This document shows positions 35,102 to 40,236 of a stretch of 40,236 nucleotides of DNA, in pieces; position 1 is the first letter of the stretch; each line of letters starts with the position of its first letter. Source of the DNA: a virus (Duplodnaviria; Caudoviricetes); IMG/VR virus record IMGVR_UViG_3300033067_001247, positions 1-40,236 of that record; one strand, 5' to 3'. The translations under genes and the position numbers were made by a program. The notes beneath the pieces were generated by a model that worked only from the letters and a program-made list of their open reading frames with translations, was not told the origin of the DNA and did no database searches.

Positions 35102-35648
35102 GCTGGGTAGCTCCTGCTGTAAACAATTCATCTTGATCGGCGGGTATGAGCCCGCGAGCTGCGGCCATCGCGTTCGTGCCCGGGAATAGATCGTCCAATT
35201 GATCGATGGCTCGAACGCCAAGTAGATCGAGAACCCATAGACAGAAGTCTCTCGGCTTCGCGCCAGTAAGCCCGCGACGGAGGGTGATATTCGCGCTGAC
35301 CCAATCGCGCGCCGTTGCCTCGTCGCGAGAGCGCTTCCTGCCACCTCGAAAAATGACAGGCTCCCAAGCGTAAGCAGGGTTTACGTTTGGCTTGAAGACG
35401 GCAAACGGCTTTACCCAAGCAGCCACCCGACAATCTTCAGGGCACATCGGCAAAATGACGCGCAAGGAAGGCGAGCTTAGAGACATTGCCCAACCGTCCT
35501 GATAGTCCTCGCAGAGACGCTTTATCAGCGTTCGGTGTGTCTCGGGATCGTCCCAAGCGCGTGAGTCCTGGTGATGCGAATCGTAGAGATTGCCGCAGCC
35601 AAGGTAGACGGGATCGGCGTAGGCAAACTTCATTGCCTCACTTCCCAT
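35091..35648 (-). CDS. Small DNA methyltransferase-like protein
   Basis: AYADPVY, WVKP, WEPVIF, GAKP, DLFPGT motifs (beta-class order). Confidence 0.7.
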   Translation of the reverse strand: MGSEAMKFAYADPVYLGCGNLYDSHHQDSRAWDDPETHRTLIKRLCEDYQDGWAMSLSSPSLRVILPMCPEDCRVAAWVKPFAVFKPNVNPAYAWEPVIFRGGRKRSRDEATARDWVSANITLRRGLTGAKPRDFCLWVLDLLGVRAIDQLDDLFPGTNAMAAARGLIPADQDELFTAGATQHVR

Positions 35649-36147
35649 TCTGCCCTCCTGCTGCCCAGCAATCCTCGTTTGATCGCTTGTCGCATTCGCC
35701 GGAAGGAAGGACAGGGTTTCCGCAGCCGCAAATGTGACGCTTCGGTTCGTCAAGAAATCGCACAACACGACGCGCAAGCATCTTCTTTCGAAACCGATAC
35801 GTGTCGACCTTCTCGGAATCCTCTCCACCCTGATCGTCGATAGCTTCAACCAAGGCGTCTCGGTCAATGACGCACGAGAATTTGTCGCGATCGGAATTGG
35901 TGATCGTCGCAGAAAAGTCCGCGCGAATTATTCTGTATTCGGGACCTTCATACGATCCTCCTGTCTCGACCCTGATGGGGTGCGAGACAAGGATCCTGGT
36001 GCCGGCTTGAATGGCCTTGGCAAGCCGCTCGCAGTTAAAGGTCGCGGACCGAAGTCCTAGGCCAGAAACGCGCTTGCGAAACTCATCACGTTGCTCGCAG
36101 CCGTTTCGGAGTGGACATCCTGTGCAGGGCTTCAGATACACACTCAC
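35638..36147 (-). CDS. Cys-containing hypothetical protein
   Basis: CTGCP..C and CGCG motifs; operon packing. Confidence 0.6.
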   Translation of the reverse strand: MSVYLKPCTGCPLRNGCEQRDEFRKRVSGLGLRSATFNCERLAKAIQAGTRILVSHPIRVETGGSYEGPEYRIIRADFSATITNSDRDKFSCVIDRDALVEAIDDQGGEDSEKVDTYRFRKKMLARRVVRFLDEPKRHICGCGNPVLPSGECDKRSNEDCWAAGGQNGK

Positions 36148-36259
36148 CGCTGCTCTCCTGCTTCACGGGCCTTGAGAGCGGCGATGCACCAAGCGATTTC
36201 CTCGATGTCGTGCTCGGCTTCCGCGACCACTATGTCTTCGTCCATTACCGGCCGGGCCA

Positions 36260-36661
36260 TCACTCGCTCTCCTTGATCTGGCGGAGGACACAACGAGCGC
36301 TAAGGAGCGCGCCGGTCAGTTTCACCCATTGCGGGCCTGTGACCGCTCCGCGGCTGGAAACTTGTGTTGAAGCCTTCTCTAGTTCCTCCAGCGCCTTCAC
36401 CGCCTTGGTGAGCCTGTCCTGTAGGGCTGGGTCGTAGGAGTTGACGGCGCGGACGATGAGTTCCGCGTTGGCCTCATCCTCTTTTGAGTGCTTCGGGTCA
36501 TCTTCATCCCAAAGACCTTCATCCCCGACGCGAGCAATAGCCCACTCGTTTTCGACGCCATTCCTGTTGAACCCCTTTCGGGGCGCGATAATGAGAATTT
36601 CGCCGCCGCCTGCCGGTTCAACCCGCCACGGCCTCTCCGTCGCCTTCGTGTCGTTATCCAT
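36260..36661 (-). CDS. Hypothetical protein (TxxPW...ANAxLIVRAVN family)
   Basis: Common phage early-gene motif. Confidence 0.7.
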   Translation of the reverse strand: MDNDTKATERPWRVEPAGGGEILIIAPRKGFNRNGVENEWAIARVGDEGLWDEDDPKHSKEDEANAELIVRAVNSYDPALQDRLTKAVKALEELEKASTQVSSRGAVTGPQWVKLTGALLSARCVLRQIKESE

Positions 36662-37127
36662 TGCGACTATCCCGGTGTCTATTTCTGATTGATCGATATG
36701 TTGATGGTGTTTCTAAAGCCGGGAGTACTTCCCAGCCTTTCTTGAGGCGCGTTTGGGCTGTGTTGTAAGCACAGACTTTCCCCGCCGAACGCCACGCATT
36801 CTTGAGTGACATACTCCTACCGCGATAAGTCACCATTACGCAGCAGCGTCGATTGTTTTGCTGCTCTAGTTCGGTTGCCCACCTAACATTGCCAGGCTCG
36901 TAGTTTCCGTCAGAGTTTATGCGGTCAAGCGAGTGCTTCGGCGTTGGCTTTGGCCCCACGTGCAAATAGAAATCATCGAATGAATCGAGCCATTCTTGAC
37001 AGACACTGATGCCTCTGCCGCCGTAATGCTTGTAAGATTTCGCTCGCTGGTCGTAGCAACGTGCCTTCATCGCATGCCATGCGTAGTATTCCGGGCTTGT
37101 CCTGCTGGCTGCCCTAGCAATGGTCAT
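36654..37127 (-). CDS. HNH-type homing endonuclease-like protein
   Basis: WHAMKARC...YGGRGI.VC.EW...SLDRI...GNYEPGNVRWAT. Confidence 0.82.
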   Translation of the reverse strand: MTIARAASRTSPEYYAWHAMKARCYDQRAKSYKHYGGRGISVCQEWLDSFDDFYLHVGPKPTPKHSLDRINSDGNYEPGNVRWATELEQQNNRRCCVMVTYRGRSMSLKNAWRSAGKVCAYNTAQTRLKKGWEVLPALETPSTYRSIRNRHRDSRNG

Positions 37128-38230
37128 GATGCGCTCCGCTTCAGCGTTGCGATCTTCTGCTCGACGCGGGCCTTGATCTGCGACCAGTGGTGGCGGTCGT
37201 CCTCATCGTCGGGCCAGAGGATTTTCGCGCGGAGGTCTTTGCCGCGCTTCCAGGTATTGGCGACTTCCTCCGCGTCGGTCGCATCGTCTAGGATGCTATC
37301 GAGCATCCCGGCGTAGTCCTCTGCAGACGGGACCGGCGGCGGTGATTGGTGCCCCGCGCCATCAGCGGCAGCGTTAGGCGCGGGACGATCCGAGGTCGAG
37401 GGGGAGGGGCGTTCGGCCTCGGGTTTCGGTTTGTCGTTGAGCGACCAGCGGGCAAGTGCGCGCCCGATGTCTTCTGAAAGCGGCTCGCCGTTCCTGAAGA
37501 CGGGCTTGAAATGGTCGGGCAGCTTCATCATCATGCGTTCGCCGACATGATCGCTGCGCCAAGTCGGCACGCCCTCAGAGCGCGGTTCCAACATGCAGTT
37601 GACCGCCATTTCATAGACCCATTCCTCGCCGGCAATCGGCATGAAGCCCATATCGACGACTTCGGTTTTGCCTTCCTTGCGAACTGGTTTCGTTTTTTCC
37701 TTCGCCCGGAAACAGAAGATGAAGACGCCATCAAGTTGCTTGATGCCTTCGATCATCTTCTGTCGAAGCGGACCAGCCTTCGCCCAGCCCAGCATCTTCA
37801 CGGCTTCGCGCTTCTTATAGTCGTTGCCTGCGATGCGATCGACAACGGCTTCAGCGGTTTCGAGATAGCCGCCTTCGCCGATGTGTTCGTGCGACATGCT
37901 ATCCACGATCGTGATGCGGGCGCCCTGCTTGTTCGCGTATCGCAGCGCTTCGAGATAATCGAGCGACCCGAACGGCGGTGTGAAATCCATATGCTTGAAC
38001 TTGAACCGGTCGGCGTAGTGCAGCATCCGGCCGTTTTCGGTATCGATCCCAAAGATGTCGCCGCCTAGCACTTCCTGCATGCCGGTCGCCAACCGCAGCG
38101 CTGAGAAAGTCTTCCCGCCGCCGCTAGGCGACATGATACCGATCAGCAATGGGACCTGACGCTCGCTGCGGGAGTCGGCGGCATCCTTGAATTGAAAATT
38201 GCGAGGCGCGTTCATCAGTAGTTTGTCCAA
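37124..38230 (-). CDS. Sak4-like AAA ATPase/recombinase
   Basis: SPSGGGKT Walker A, IDTE and IVDSMSHE motifs; downstream of the exonuclease. Confidence 0.75.
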   Translation of the reverse strand: MDKLLMNAPRNFQFKDAADSRSERQVPLLIGIMSPSGGGKTFSALRLATGMQEVLGGDIFGIDTENGRMLHYADRFKFKHMDFTPPFGSLDYLEALRYANKQGARITIVDSMSHEHIGEGGYLETAEAVVDRIAGNDYKKREAVKMLGWAKAGPLRQKMIEGIKQLDGVFIFCFRAKEKTKPVRKEGKTEVVDMGFMPIAGEEWVYEMAVNCMLEPRSEGVPTWRSDHVGERMMMKLPDHFKPVFRNGEPLSEDIGRALARWSLNDKPKPEAERPSPSTSDRPAPNAAADGAGHQSPPPVPSAEDYAGMLDSILDDATDAEEVANTWKRGKDLRAKILWPDDEDDRHHWSQIKARVEQKIATLKRSAS

Positions 38231-38601
38231 TGGTTGTTTTGTTTCTCGCCCTGGTCCCGGTAAACCTTGATGGGCGGCTCATAGACGGCGCGCATCAATT
38301 CCATGACGCGGCCCTTTGGAACGCGGTGCGTTTCGTTGCCGAGTTTGATTTCGACGAGTTCTTCGGTCGCGTCGTCGTTCTCGTTGACGCGCTCGATATA
38401 GCCGCGAAGGCGTGCGTTCTCGATCTCGCTGGCATGAAGCCGCGTTTTCAGATCGGCGAACTGTTCGCGTGTGTCTTTCTCGCGTTTCTCAGCGGCGGCG
38501 GCGCGGGCGCTCGACTTCTGCCGATCGTTGGACTCGGCGGCGAGGAGTTCGCGGACTGTCGCAAGCGTTGCTTCGAGCGACTTGATCGTCTTTCGCATCA
38601 T
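38215..38601 (-). CDS. Coiled-coil hypothetical protein
   Basis: ATG overlaps the exonuclease stop. Confidence 0.6.
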   Translation of the reverse strand: MMRKTIKSLEATLATVRELLAAESNDRQKSSARAAAAEKREKDTREQFADLKTRLHASEIENARLRGYIERVNENDDATEELVEIKLGNETHRVPKGRVMELMRAVYEPPIKVYRDQGEKQNNHWTNY

Positions 38602-39611
38602 CCGGCCCTCATGATGTCGCGGCGAAGCTCGGGGGACGCGGTGTCCGGCAGGTTGCCGATCACGGGATCGTCGAAGAAGTCGATGAGCCCGGCGTCGGCC
38701 AGCGCCATCTCGCGCTCGACCCAGCGGGTCTCGGCATAGTTCGGGTAAAGCGGTAGCGTCGGTTCGAGCGGATACCCCGGCCACTCGTTGGTCTCGTAGC
38801 AGCGCCGCCAAATCTGGATCGCGGCGGCGAGCTTGCGGCGGCCCAGCGTGAGCGAGGATTCCGGTATCTCGCACGGCGTAATAGCGAAGGGCGCGTAGTT
38901 CTCCTGCGCGACGAAGCGGAAGCGGCGGCGGCCGGCGTTATCGGGGTCGAGCACATCAAGCCCGCGCTCGATCATCGCGGCCTGCACGTCCCAGCCGTCG
39001 TCACACATCTTGTTCGGGATCGCTTGCGGGGCAGCGGACGCAGCCGTCGATTTCAGGTCATAGACGACGCGGCAATCCGTGGTCAGCCAGTCGATCATGC
39101 AGCGGAGCCAAAGGCCGTCTTCCTGCCAGGCAAGCACGACTTCGCCGAAGCCTTGCCCCTCTGCAAAGGCGTCAGCCCAGCCCACGGCCGCCAGCCCGCG
39201 CCGCGTGTTCTGCACCAAGGTCACAGCACGCTCGTAATGCGCCGCGATGATCGGCTCTTTGCCGTCCTCGATGGCCTTCGCCTTGAACGCCTGCGCGTCC
39301 TTTTTCTGCCAGTTCGCGAACTCGGCTGGTGCGATCGCGATGTCCTTTCCGCGCCCGATGAGCAGCGAGTGCGACGCGTTCCCGATGGCTTTGGTCTTGT
39401 TGTATTTCTCGGGCTCGTCTTCGGCTTCCGGCGGGCTGAGCCGGGGATGCTCGTGGAACGCATGCAGCGGCGATTGCTCAAGCAGCACCTTGGCGAGGGA
39501 CTGGTTGAGGCTCGGTGCGGGGCATGGATCTTGAAAATAATCCGCCGCCGGCATCTGATAGATGCCGGGCTTTGTGATCTTCTGGCCTGCTTCGAGAAGG
39601 ATCGGGGTCAT
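38598..39611 (-). CDS. RecE/exonuclease VIII-like PD-(D/E)xK nuclease
   Basis: PGIY...Y, GNASH, RCMIDW...DLKST, QAA and WPGY motifs. Confidence 0.85.
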   Translation of the reverse strand: MTPILLEAGQKITKPGIYQMPAADYFQDPCPAPSLNQSLAKVLLEQSPLHAFHEHPRLSPPEAEDEPEKYNKTKAIGNASHSLLIGRGKDIAIAPAEFANWQKKDAQAFKAKAIEDGKEPIIAAHYERAVTLVQNTRRGLAAVGWADAFAEGQGFGEVVLAWQEDGLWLRCMIDWLTTDCRVVYDLKSTAASAAPQAIPNKMCDDGWDVQAAMIERGLDVLDPDNAGRRRFRFVAQENYAPFAITPCEIPESSLTLGRRKLAAAIQIWRRCYETNEWPGYPLEPTLPLYPNYAETRWVEREMALADAGLIDFFDDPVIGNLPDTASPELRRDIMRAG

Positions 39612-40236
39612 TCCACACCCGCCCGGCGCTTCATGTCGGCCATGGCTTGCTCGTTCGTCTCGTAGAAGCGAACAGGCGAGATCGGCGATCCGCTTGCGCG
39701 ATGGATCAGTTGCGCGGCGAGCGCGGTATTGTGGAAACGCTCGAGGGCGTATCCGGCTTCGCCGGCAAGGTGGACGACCCAACCCGCGCGGCAGTGCGTC
39801 GTGTTGCAGGTGTGCCAGTCGCTCATTTTGAGCGCGTCAGGCTTTGATGCTGCCTCGTACACCTTGATGTCGATATTATCGATGACCGGTACGGGCGGCG
39901 GACCGGACCAATCCGAGTTCGGGTCGCCTTTAAGGTTCTGCTTGTCGCGCAGGTAGGCGACATGCGAGCAGCCCGAGCAGTGCGAGCAGCCCGAGCAGCG
40001 CGAGCAGTCCGAGCAGTGCGAGCAGTCCGAGCAGTCCGAGCAGTCCGAGCAGTCCGAGCAGCCCGAGCAGTGCGAGCAGCCCGAGCAGTCCGAGCAGTCC
40101 GAGCAGCCCGAGCAGTCCGAGCAGTCCGAGCAGCGCGAGCAGTCCGAGCAGCCCGAGCAGCCCGAGCAGCCCGAGCAGCGCGAGCAGTGCGAGCAGCCCG
40201 AGCAGTCCGAGCAGTGCGAGCAGCGCGAGCAGCCCG
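39608..40236 (-). CDS. C-terminal part of the Cys-Ser-x repeat protein with CxTTHCRAGW domain
   Basis: Frame is open from the contig end through the repeats into ...PVIDNIDIKVYEAASKPDALKMSDWHTCNTTHCRAGW; ATGA overlap with the exonuclease gene. Confidence 0.88.
   Translation of the reverse strand, partial: GCSRCSHCSDCSGCSHCSRCSGCSGCSGCSDCSRCSDCSDCSGCSDCSDCSGCSHCSGCSDCSDCSDCSDCSHCSDCSRCSGCSHCSGCSHVAYLRDKQNLKGDPNSDWSGPPPVPVIDNIDIKVYEAASKPDALKMSDWHTCNTTHCRAGWVVHLAGEAGYALERFHNTALAAQLIHRASGSPISPVRFYETNEQAMADMKRRAGVE
39965..40236. repeat. 9-bp tandem repeat CGAGCAG[C/T][C/G], right part
   Basis: 30 full units at 39965-40234 plus a partial unit. Confidence 0.97.

Larger units (their letters stand above)
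1..40236. mobile_element. Temperate podovirus-type phage genome, probably complete and circular (excised form)
   Basis: Has full immunity, replication, packaging, head, short-tail, lysis, integration and recombination modules. attP is intact and internal, no host genes are evident, and both ends lie in phase in the same 9-bp repeat and reading frame. Confidence 0.93.

Noticed and set aside
39965-40236. CRISPR array or telomere-like terminal repeat
   Set aside because: 9-bp units with no spacers and no cas genes; the array lies in frame within a CDS.

Overview
The window appears to be a complete, circularly permuted ~40.2 kb genome of a temperate podovirus infecting an alphaproteobacterium (GapR homologue, tRNA-Pro attP, SuhB/MmgR-like RNA motif). 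It has a lambda-like immunity switch (cI/cro with ACACCG-NN-CGGTGT operators at PL and PR) and an early-right replication operon. The virion module is epsilon15/BPP-1/T7-type (terminase, portal, scaffold, capsid, tail tube, ejection proteins, fibres). It is followed by a lysis cassette, attP, int/xis and a long early-left operon with RecE-like and Sak4-like recombination genes. No RNA or DNA polymerase is evident. Four things stand out. (1) One gene spans the contig junction and encodes about 39 perfect Cys-Ser-x tripeptides (x = D/G/R/H) fused to a CxTTHCRAGW domain. (2) A late-promoter motif, GGTGCG-TTG, occurs 8 times and also drives a divergent four-gene HTH/Zn-ribbon/membrane cassette. 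(3) An exported SGNH esterase heads the lysis operon. (4) An anti-Shine-Dalgarno sRNA-like element lies just before attP. All calls come from reading motifs by eye; no database searches were run.
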